The position numbers were made by a program, and so were the translations under genes. A DNA stretch of 64,000 nt from Octopus sinensis (taxonomy: Eukaryota): NCBI RefSeq assembly GCF_006345805.1, contig NC_042998.1, positions 104,160,001 to 104,224,000 of the forward strand, given 5' to 3'. A model generated the notes under the pieces. The model made no database searches. It was not told the origin of the DNA and worked only from the letters and a program-made list of their open reading frames with translations. Below are positions 26,641 through 36,866 of this stretch, piece after piece (position 1 is the stretch's first letter; every line of letters starts with the position of its first letter).

Positions 26641-26723
26641 CCAGTGAAAATTACATGTTTTCCATCACTTTGAAGGAAATTGTTTTTTTCCTTCGATTGA
26701 ATAATAATAATGATAATAATAAT

Positions 26724-28934
26724 ATCCCAAATCAAATGAAACAGAAAAACCAGAAAACTACAGACCAAGAACCTGCCTCCCTACTATGTTCAAGGCATTT
26801 ACTGCAGTGATATCACAAAGGCTGAACAAGCACCTGGACGAAAACAAACTGTTCCCAGAAGAGCAGAAAGGATGCCGCAAAGGCTCATATGGCTGTAAAG
26901 ATCAACTAATGATTAATAAAGCCATAACTGAAGACAGCCACAGAAAGAAGAAAGGCCTCAGTATGGCCTGGATTGACTACAAAAAGGCGTTTGATAGCAT
27001 CCCCCACACATGGATCCTCGAAACACTAGCCATTAACAAAGTAGCACCAACAATCATAAAATTCATAGAGCACTCTATGAATAAATGGCAAACAGTCCTA
27101 CACCTCCAAACAAAAGAGGGACTCATGAAAACCAAAGACATCCCCATTAGAAGAGGAATATTCCAGGGAGACACGCTCTCTCCACTCCTTTTCTGCTTGG
27201 CACTGTCACCTCTATCTGATATGCTAAATAGAACTGGATGCGGATATAAATGTTACGGCAAAACGATCAGCCACCTTTTATATATGGATGACCTAAAACT
27301 ATACGCTGCAAATGACAAACAGCTGGAAACACTATTAAAGACAGTTCATGGATTTACCAAAGAAATAGATATGAAATTTGGATTAGAAAAATGCGCCAAA
27401 GTAACCATGAAAAGAGGAAAACTAGTTAAGAGTAACAACATCACACTAGATAAAACCAATGAAATAAAAGAATTAGACCAAAGCCAAACTTACAAATACT
27501 TAGGAATCCATGAACTAGATAAGACACAACACACACAAATGAAAGAGAAAATAAAAAAAGAATATTATAGACGAGTTAGATCAATACTAAACACAGAGCT
27601 CAATGCTAAAAACAAGATAATAGGTATCAACACTTTAGCTGTCCCAGTTATAAGTTACAGCTACAATATCCTTAACCGGACACGAAATGAACTGACCAAA
27701 ATAGATAGGAAAACAAGAAAAATAATGACAGGATCTAGGATGCATCACCCAAAATCTGACATAGAAAGACTATATATACAACGTATAGAAGGTGGTAGAG
27801 GCCTTATACAGCTGGAAAACTACTATAAAATAACCACCATAGGACTGCAAAAATATCTACTTCAGAAGGAAGGAAAACTGATCCAGATAGCGGCAAAACA
27901 CGAGCAAAACAAAAAACTGTTCTCAGTATTTAAGGAAGCTGACAAATACAAACAAGAAATCATACCACCTAATAAACATGAAGAAGAAGAAGAAGATGGA
28001 GAAACAACAAAAGCTATAAAACAAATGAAATCCAAACTAAAAATAGAACAGCAACGAACCATGATAAAACGATGGCGAGATAAGCGCCTTCATGGTAAAT
28101 ACTGGACTAAACTAAACGCAAAAGAAATAGACAAAGAAAAATCCCAGCAATGGTTGAGAAGCTCAGGACTCAAAGCAGAAACAGAGGGATTTTTAATTGC
28201 AGCACAAGACCAAAGCCTCCCCACCAGAAATTACCAAAAACATGTAATGAAAAGAAATATTACAAGTAACTGCAGAATATGTGGAGATGGACAAGAAACA
28301 ATAAATCATATTATCTCTAGCTGCCCAGTCCTGGCTAAGAAGGAATATATTCACAGACATGACAGAGTTGGAACCTACATACATTGGAAGCTATGCCAAC
28401 ATTATGGAATAACAACAGAAAAAAGATGGTATAGGCACACACCAGAAAAGGTCACAGAAAACGAGAAAGCAACCATACTCTGGGATATGCCGATACACAC
28501 AGACAGAGAAATTAAGGCCAACAGACCAGATATAGTTGTCAGAGACCATGAAGAAAAAAAATGCTTTCTAATTGATGTATCAATACCGGCTGATGACAAC
28601 GTGTCTCTAAAAGAAATGGAGAAACTCTCAAAATACAAAGACCTGGAAATAGAGGTAACTAGAATGTGGAATCTGAAAACAGAAACAATTCCTATCATAG
28701 TAGGTGCATTAGGCATGATAAAAAAATATTCAGACAAATACATAACAAAAACACCACGACTTACAAACACATATAACATACAGAAAATTGCACTACTAGG
28801 CACTGCACACATCCTACGCAGAACACTTTCCATACAATAACCATCAGAGCATCACAACAAATCACAGAACATACCCAAGGCACACAGAGCTGCGCTCGGT
28901 AGTGAAGTGAAAGCACGCTATAAAAATAAAACTA

Positions 28935-28938
<4 letters not shown>
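26724..28938 (+). mobile_element. R4/Dong-clade (RLE-type) non-LTR retrotransposon, 5'-truncated
   Basis: (AAT)n immediately on both sides (26700-26723; 28939-29037). Reading frame open from 26726 (PKSNETEKPENYRPRTCLPT). About 98-nt 3' UTR ending aaactactg followed by (AAT)n. Confidence 0.93.
26786..28840 (+). CDS. retrotransposon ORF: reverse transcriptase + CCHC zinc knuckle + restriction-like endonuclease (N-terminally truncated)
   Basis: 684 aa with no stop: EQKGCR, WIDYKKAFDSIPH, RGIFQGDTLSPLLF, HLLYMDDLKLY, YKYLG, GGRGL, CRICGDGQETINHIISSC, RPDIV..(IDVS)..KLSKYKDL. Confidence 0.95.
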   Translation: MFKAFTAVISQRLNKHLDENKLFPEEQKGCRKGSYGCKDQLMINKAITEDSHRKKKGLSMAWIDYKKAFDSIPHTWILETLAINKVAPTIIKFIEHSMNKWQTVLHLQTKEGLMKTKDIPIRRGIFQGDTLSPLLFCLALSPLSDMLNRTGCGYKCYGKTISHLLYMDDLKLYAANDKQLETLLKTVHGFTKEIDMKFGLEKCAKVTMKRGKLVKSNNITLDKTNEIKELDQSQTYKYLGIHELDKTQHTQMKEKIKKEYYRRVRSILNTELNAKNKIIGINTLAVPVISYSYNILNRTRNELTKIDRKTRKIMTGSRMHHPKSDIERLYIQRIEGGRGLIQLENYYKITTIGLQKYLLQKEGKLIQIAAKHEQNKKLFSVFKEADKYKQEIIPPNKHEEEEEDGETTKAIKQMKSKLKIEQQRTMIKRWRDKRLHGKYWTKLNAKEIDKEKSQQWLRSSGLKAETEGFLIAAQDQSLPTRNYQKHVMKRNITSNCRICGDGQETINHIISSCPVLAKKEYIHRHDRVGTYIHWKLCQHYGITTEKRWYRHTPEKVTENEKATILWDMPIHTDREIKANRPDIVVRDHEEKKCFLIDVSIPADDNVSLKEMEKLSKYKDLEIEVTRMWNLKTETIPIIVGALGMIKKYSDKYITKTPRLTNTYNIQKIALLGTAHILRRTLSIQ

Positions 28939-29005
<67 letters not shown>

Positions 29006-29037
29006 TAATAATCTCAATAATAATAATAATAATAATT
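28939..29037. repeat. (AAT)n tract
   Basis: Directly visible; lies between the Dong 3' end and the CR1-group 3' end. Confidence 0.95.
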
Positions 29038-29044
29038 TTTTCTC

Positions 29045-30465
29045 TCTAGTTTCAGCTCAGAGCTGTGGCCATGCTGATGCGCCGCCGTTTTGCTACACTG
29101 TTATTACTAAGAGCCTCGTCTAATATGTGGCACCTGGTGAAGCATGGAGTTTGATATAGCTACCCTCATTTGCACCTCTTGCTGTGAGGTAGGTTCATCT
29201 GGGACTCTCGACAGGAAAAGGTCCAGCTTTAATTAAAAAAACCTACATCTACTTTGTGCAAGTTCCTCAAACTCTTTGAGAGAATATTAAAAAGCTGTGG
29301 GCCCTTGAAACCCAGGCTGTTGCAGTAACTGGTCCTGAAGCGTTCTGGCATTGCTGGGACCTTTAGCACTATACAGTGAGGTCCCGTTCTGGCATTACTG
29401 TAGCTTTCAATGCCAAAATTTGGCACAATTCCTTCCAGGATCTTCCAGATATATATTACTGCATACCTCTCCCGTCTTCTCTCCAGGGAGTAGAGTCTTA
29501 ACTGTTTCAACCTTTCCCAGTACCTGAGCTGTTGCAAAGAGACGATCTTCTTTGTGAATCTTCTCATGATTACTTCAAGGTCCGCAGTTAATTTCACACT
29601 GGTGGGTGATCATAGCTGTGAGCGGTAATCCAGGCGGCTGAGGACGAATGTCCGCCAGAGGGCCATCATGGTTTCCTTGTCTCTGGTTCTGAATGTTCTT
29701 AGGATCCATCCAGCCAGTCGTCTGCACTTTGTCGTCATCCTGGTAATGTGCAGTTGGAAAGAGGTATCATCATTCATGTCGATACCCAGGTCCTTTACTG
29801 ACTTAGGCTCTGGGATTGAAATTCCCTGTGGACCGGTATACCCTTTAAGTTTCATATTCAGTTTTGGATGCTGGTAGCGCAGGGCTTGGAATTTTTCAGC
29901 ATTAAACTGCATATTATTATCCTCAGCCCATCTGTAAATTGAGTCCAACTACTGCTGCAGGTGTGCAACATCGCTGGGGTTCTGTATTTTATGTGAGACC
30001 TTCGAATCATTTGCATAGCTTGCAAGGGTGGCTATCCGGGCATTTGAGGGCATATCTGAGAGGGCCACTATAAAAAGCAGTGGTCCCAAGACAGTGCCCT
30101 GTGGAACACCGCTCACTATTTGTGTGTTCATAGAGGCGACTCCATTAGCCGCTATGGCCTGATTCCTATCTTTCAGGAAGTCATGTAACCACTCTCCAAG
30201 TTTTCCAGCTATGCCAAGGTTACGCAGTTTGTAGCATATCATACCATGATCCACCTTGTCAAAAGCTTTTGCAAAATCGAGGTATATTACGTCCACATTT
30301 GATTTGTTGAGTAAATGCCTCAACACCCAGTCATAATGTTGTAAGAGCTGAGTAATGCAGCTCCTACCTGGTCGAAAACTATGATGGGTATCCCTCAGCA
30401 AGTTATTTTCTTCAAGGAATGCGATTAGTTTCCCTCTGACTATCCGTTCCATGACTTTGCATGAC
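29045..30465 (-). mobile_element. CR1-group (APE-RT) LINE copy 1: RT core, C-terminus and 3' UTR
   Basis: KVMERIV, YLDFAKAFDKVDHG, SGVPQGTVLGPLLF, SYAND, LQQ*LDSIY, SRLDYRSQL, LYSLERRRERY, GPQLFNIL; short 3' UTR ending ggccacagctctgagctgaaactag. Confidence 0.92.
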
Positions 30466-30477
30466 GCTCCAAACCAC

Positions 30478-32570
30478 ATGGACAAATTTGAAGGCTGCCT
30501 CACAAGAATAAAAGAAACACTCATGGAACTGTAACATTACGTGAATGTGTTTCTTATGGGTAACTTCAGCTTCTTCAGTGTCAAATGGACCGAGGGCATC
30601 ATGCTCTCAGGAATGACTCATTTCAAACAAGTACAGGTGAAGTCCCTGCTCACCCTCACCAATGCCCTATTCATGGAGAAAATTGTGCTCCGACCAACCA
30701 GGGCGAATAACGTATTGGATCTCTGCTTCACAAACAATATTGACATCGTTCATAATGTGAAAGTGACACCGATATTAGTTTCCGATCACAAGGTAATAGT
30801 GCCGTCTATGCATGGACTAAAAGTATCCAGAGACATACAGCACCCAAGCTCTCTCCAATGTGAACTTTCACAAAGCAGTCTGCAAATCAATCCAAAAAGA
30901 GATCCTCAGACAGGACCAGCCGAAATGTCTCTCCACACCAGACATTGGTATGGAACTAGAATATTTCATGTTTGTTACGAAAACCATATGCCAGAAATAT
31001 GTTCCAGAGCACACGACAGACACAAAAGGAACATGGTGCCAAGGGAGAGGAAGATCCTAATGAGAGGACGGACGAAAGATGCAAATTGCTTCTACCAACA
31101 TCGCAAAAGTAGTGAAAGGTCCCGCCTAAAAACAACACCGATGGATATTGAAAACAGCCTGCAACAATCCTATGAGAAGGAGCGATCAGACAAAGAAGTC
31201 TGGGTTATAGAAAATATCAAATCAAACCCAAAGGCCTTCTTTCATCATGTCGAAGAAACAGCCTGAGTACGCTGCAAAATAGGATCACACTTACAGATAA
31301 CCCAACCACTGCAGAATATTCTGCAGTAAAGTTCTGAATGACCAGTTCAAAAGTATCTATGCCACCCCGTTGGGACACAGAAAAGTGAAAGAACCTGTGG
31401 ATTTCTTTGCCTCCTCACCTATAACTAGCGAGGCAGTTACGATGGATTATGTAGATATTGGGGAAGAAGATATAATAGATGAGGTGGGCGGAAGCTCAAC
31501 TGCTTGCTCTAGCGGCTTCCCAGCAGTCCTCCTCAAATCGTGTAAACGTGGTGAAACTACTACAGATTCTCTTCCAGAGCTTTCTTACAAATGTCAAGCC
31601 GCCAATCAAACTGAAGGTGGGACTAATATCCTCAATCCATAAAAGTAGAAGCAGAGCGGATGCGAAAAATTATAGGCCTATCTCTCTGACTTCACACATC
31701 AGGAAAGTCATAGAACGAATAGTCAGAGAGAAACTAATCGCATTCCTTAAAGAAAACGACTTGCTGAGTGATACCCATCATGATTTTCGACCAGGTATGA
31801 ACTGCCTGACCCAGCTCCTACAGCACTATGATTGGGTGTTGAGGCAGTTACTCGACAACTCAAATGTGGACGTAATATACCTTGACTTTGCGAAAGCTTT
31901 TGATAAAGTTGATCATGGTATGTAATGCCACAAACTACGTGATCTTGGCATAGCTGGAAAACTTGGAGAGTAGTTACATGACTTTCTGAAAGATAGAAGT
32001 CGGGCAGTGGGGGCCAATGGAGCCACCTCAAAGAAAATACAAATAATGAGTGTTGTTCTACAGGGCACTGTCTTGGGACCACTGCTTTTCAGAGCGGCCC
32101 TCTCAGATATGCCATCAGATGTCCGGATAGTTACCCATGCTAGCTACGCAAACGATACGAAGGTCTCGCAGAAAATACAAAATCATAGCGATGTTGCACG
32201 CCTGCAGCAGTAGTTGGACTCAATTTACAGAGGGGCTGAGGGCAATAATATGCAGTTTAATACTGGAAAGTTCGAAGCTCTACGCTACCAGCACCCAAAA
32301 CTGAACGTAAAACTCACAGGATACACTGGCACACGAGGGATTACAATCCCAGATCCTAAATCAGTGCGGGATCTGGATATCGACATGAGTGATGATACCT
32401 CTTTCAATGTGCCCATTACCAAGATGGTGACAAAGTGCAGACAGATGGGTTTTTGTATCCTGAGAAACCTTCAGAACCAGAGAGAAGGAAACCATGATGG
32501 TCATCTGGAGGACATTCGTCCTCAGCCGCCTGGACTGCTGTTTCCAGCTATGGTCATCCCACAGTGTAAA
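30478..32570 (+). mobile_element. CR1-group LINE copy 2: end of AP endonuclease, linker and RT core, 3'-truncated
   Basis: VFLMGNFSF..VKW, PTRANNVLDLCFTN, SDHKVI (APE C-terminus), IKSNPKAFF, NYRPISLTSH, YLDFAKAFDKVDHG, QGTVLGPLLF, SYAND, LQQ*LDSIY. Many stops and frameshifts. Confidence 0.92.
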
Positions 32571-32698
32571 ATTCTCGTTGGCCAGAATATAATAGTGACA
32601 TTCGAAGGAGTGCTTTCGACCAATGTCGAACGCCGGTCACATTTAGAGGAGATGCGCGGGTAATTCTTCGACCTTTAATATGTTATTAACTCAATATA

Positions 32699-32847
32699 AA
32701 GCGACGAGCTGGCAGAATCGTTAACACATTGGGCAAAAAGTTTAGCAGCATTTTGTTCGTCTTCACGCCTGCGTTCAAATTCCACTGAAGTCGACTTTGT
32801 TTTTCAGCTTTTCGTGGTCGATAGAATAAGTATCAGTTGAACACTGA
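32699..32847 (+). mobile_element. decayed SINE family A (head and core)
   Basis: gcgacgagctggcagaatcgttaacac, gcgttcaaattcc, gtcgactttgtttttcagcttttcgtggtcgatagaataagta. Confidence 0.75.
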
Positions 32848-32984
32848 TGTTGATGTTATCGCTTTACACCCACGTCTGACGTTGCTGACCTTATGCTAAA
32901 ACCTGATATCAACGTTAACTCAATGTTTACCCGCTATTATTTATCGCTTTATTTGCTTCCACTAAAGAATACGGGCGAGCCTAA

Positions 32985-33268
32985 TCCTTATTCTATCAGT
33001 CTGTTTTGCCGAAACGCTAAGTTACGGGGACGTAAACACACCAGCATCGGTCGTCAAGCGATGATGGGGGAACAAACACAAACACTCAAACACGCACACA
33101 CACGCATGCACATACGACGGACTTCTTTCAGTTTCCGTCTACCAAATCCACTCACAAGGCTTTGGTCGGCCTGAGACTATAGTAGAAGACATTTGCCCAA
33201 GGTACCACGCGGTGGGACTGAACCCGGAATCATGTGGTTGGAAAGCCAGCTTCTTACCCCACAGCCAC
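32985..33268 (-). mobile_element. SINE family B lacking its tail
   Basis: ccactcacaaggctttggtcggcc...gtgggactgaacccgg...cacagccac, as in the 50071 and 53305 copies. Confidence 0.85.
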
Positions 33269-33463
33269 TGTTAATGTAATCTTACACCAGAAGTGCATAT
33301 TTAAATTCTGCATATTGCAGAATATTTTGTGGTGAGAAGCGGATGTTTGAAATTTCGAGTAATGGTTAAGGGGAGCCTCACCGTCAATAAATATATAAAA
33401 TTATACACTCTACTCTATTATTGAGTACTTTTCTCTTCGTTTGTAGCGTCAAATGTATACATG

Positions 33464-33519
<56 letters not shown>

Positions 33520-33576
33520 GTGTGTGTGTGTGTTGTGTGTGTGTGTGTGTTGTGTGTGTGTGTGTGGTGTGTGTGT

Positions 33577-33608
<32 letters not shown>

Positions 33609-33708
33609 ATTTTAAAATAGGATAAAATCTTTATAGGAATTTATTAAGCAGTCAGCGGGAAAATCCTCAAAAAGGGAAAAATTATAATTACACATATATA
33701 TATATACA

Positions 33709-34238
33709 TTATCTTGAGGAAGACGTTCGTGCGCCGAATGTGTGGCGAATGGTCACGCCATGAACGTTGAACTTTACTGGGAGCAATTTGATCGAGTGTA
33801 CGATGCGCTGGTTGAAAAGTGCTCAAGACATGTTCGGCGAAAACGTACTTTCTTTCAAGAAGACAATGCAAAGTCACATACCGTCAGAAAGAACAGCAAG
33901 AAGATCAAAGGATTGGACGGTGTGGAAGTTCTGCCGCATCCAGACTATAGTGCATACGTTGCTCCATCTGACTACGGTCTCTTCCGATTAATGAAGCACT
34001 CCATGAAAGGTTACCGACTTGAGTCATTCGATGAAGTTGAAGAAACCTGTCAGAAACTTTTCAATTCAAAGCCGAAGGATTAATACTTTGACCAAATCCG
34101 AAAGCTTGCAGATCGTTGGCAGAAAGTCGTGGAAAATGACGGTTTTATTCTGAAGAATAGTTCTTGTAGTTTTTGAATAAATTCTTGCATAAAAAAATTG
34201 TTATTTTAACGCGGCGGACGAACTTTTCCTCAACCTAG
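33709..34238 (+). mobile_element. internally deleted mariner (left TIR joined to the C-terminal third of the transposase)
   Basis: TIRs ttgaggaagacgttcgtgcgccg (33714-33736) and cggcggacgaacttttcctcaa (34212-34233). Peptide FFQEDNAKSHT, EVLPHPDYSAYVAPSDYGLF, LADRWQKVVENDG. TA tracts on both flanks. Confidence 0.9.
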
Positions 34239-36632
34239 TATATATATATATACATATATATGAATATACGTCATGTGTATGCATGTGTATGCTTATATGT
34301 ATAGGTATGTATGTGTGTGTTATTGATTAAAATGCGGAATAGGTTTTTCTGCCTCCTTGATTTTTGTGTTTTCAAGTATGCATAATATGTGTATAAGTTT
34401 TGGGCTAAGCTTGTGTGTTTGTCTTTGTATGTTCTTTTTGTGAGTGGGTATCTTATAAGTGTGCGCACGCTTATATATGTAAGTGTTATTATGGTGTTAT
34501 GTTGAAAAATCTTTCCGAGGTGAAAATGAATCATTTAAAAAAATAAAAATCCCACCAAAACTGTTGAACCTTGTTTTATTTTAAATATTATTTATTGATG
34601 TTTTTCGTTCTTGCCTTCTTTTTCTTTTTTAAAATTTTACATTCGTTTTGATATTGTTCTTTTTTATGCTTATAAACACACACACGCATACGCATACACA
34701 CACATATATATTGTTATGCTGCTCATTATACCTTTAGCTTGCCAATGAATTGATGGATGTCTTTATAACATTTTGGTATTTGGAGCAAATAGATGCATGC
34801 CAGTAAAAAGCAGTGTGGCAATACTCTTGTAGCGTTGTAGCAATGTGTGGTTGAATGAATTTGTGAGCACACTTTATCATCGTCATAGAAACAGGTAATT
34901 TTCATGTGAAGTGAATATTTGGTGTGAACGTAGGAAAGAATTATAAAACAAAGAAAGCTTAAAGTAAAATTAAAAAATAAGATAGAAATAAAAAAAAAAT
35001 GAAATATACTCAAAATAAGGGAAACGAAGAAAGAGACAAAAAAATGAGGAAAATAGTGAACGAAATAAAGTCAAGCAACAAGAAAATTATGTTTAAGATG
35101 AATGAAAGGAAAAAAATTACGAAGGAAATAAAAGAGATTGATTTGATAATTTAAATGCTTCCAATAAATTGGAGTTCTCATTTCATTTTCCATGAAAACG
35201 TAGTTATTCAAAAACAAACTGATAACCTGGAAACGAAGAGAAACCTGGTAGAAATAGCGTGAAGGAAATATATCTGTAATGGATGGGTCTGTAAAGATGC
35301 ACCAAGGGATCTATCAGAAACTGGCGCTTTGGCTGCCCTAACTTAATTAATAGTTATAGCAGGCCACAGAAAGACTGGCGCCCTTTCACACCTGCACCCG
35401 TGAGTGACTACTCACACTCTCCGTTCTTGCTCCGCTTCTTGATTCAAGTGAAGGGAAGAACCACCACTAAGTCGTAAAATATAAACAACGATGTTTGCTA
35501 AATAATTTATCTCTGGGCACTCATTGATATTTCTATTTGTCATAATTCTAATCGTAATACAAACTTTAAACCTTATTTTAACTTATCATGTGTGCTTATT
35601 CTTGACAAAATGTCTTAGAACTTTTACGGAATGAAAACGGCGGCAGTAGAGGTGAAGGCATAGCTTCAAATTCTGTTAATGCTCTTAAACTTGGAATTTG
35701 ATTTAAAAAATGAGGTTCATGCATTAAGTCCTTACTGATTTGTGATGTGATGAAGAGAGTTTATGAGGTCTCAAATATGTCGGCGGTCGATTTTGCCTCG
35801 CATTCTTTCAAAGCTGTTAAACTATACAGTAATCAAATACTGGGTAATTGATATCATGTACTATAACACTACCCACATCACCTGTCAAATTTGAGTTCAA
35901 GATTTTGTGTCAAAGATCATTCGTTATTGGTTTGATAGAGACTATACCAAAAGTGTTTCAATAAGGTTTTGTTTATTTGTTTTAGTAATAGACATTAAGG
36001 ATGCTAGTAGGCTTCCTCTTGATTTCGTATCTGAATTGGTAAAAAAATTATGAACTGTAGAAATATAATGAGCAGTTCTGGGAAAGATGAAGTGAAAGAC
36101 TATGGAGAAGAAAAAATAGAAAAGAAGAGAGAGAAAGAGGAGGGAGAGAAAGTGGAGGGTATAAAATAAGATATAATGAAAGAAAAACAATGGAAGAGAT
36201 AAAAAATGAAAAGGGAATATTAATTTCGAAAATAATGAAAAAATGTTGAAATGTTTGAAAAGCTGGACATATATATATTCTTGTTAAAAGGATGTGTTTG
36301 ATTATTTCTAATATATCCCAAATCAAAAGTACCCTGAGTAGAGTTAAATGTGGAGAAATATAATGAATCATCAAACATTATTGTCTCACAGCTGCAAGTA
36401 AAGCGGGTAATAATGTATATTTCGGTTTCTTAACTTTATCAGCGGAAACAGTTTTACTACTGTTTGCTGGCAATCTAGTAACTAACTTACTACTTAGAAA
36501 TGTTCTTTAAAATAAATGAGTGCCTGAGAAATGAGATTAATTGAAAATGCATGTTTATTTTTTATCTCCAAAGTTTTCGGCACATTGTCACTGTGGGGCT
36601 AAAGACAAATTATCCAACATTGTTATGATTCT

Positions 36633-36866
36633 TACTTCTTTACTGCCCACAAGGGGTACACACAGAGGGGACAAACAAGGACAGACAAACAGATTAAGTC
36701 GATTACATCGACCCCAGTGCGCAACTGGTATTTATTTAATCGACCCCGAAAGGATGAAAGGCAAAGTCGACCTCGACGGAATTTGAACTCAGAACGTAGC
36801 GGCAGACGAAATACCGCTAAGCATTTCGCCCGGCGTGCTAACGATTTTCCCAGCTCGCCGCCTTCA
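36633..36866 (-). mobile_element. well-preserved SINE family A (tail type 1) with 17-bp TSD
   Basis: TSD aacattgtt(a/g)tgattct at 36616-36632 and 36867-36883; near-complete homology to 2386-2618. Confidence 0.95.

Noticed and set aside
29045-32570. Single-event twin-priming inversion as the explanation for the inverted LINE pair
   Set aside because: The geometry fits, but the overlapping 870 nt differ by about 16% with a third-position bias, which is not expected for two cDNAs from one RNA.
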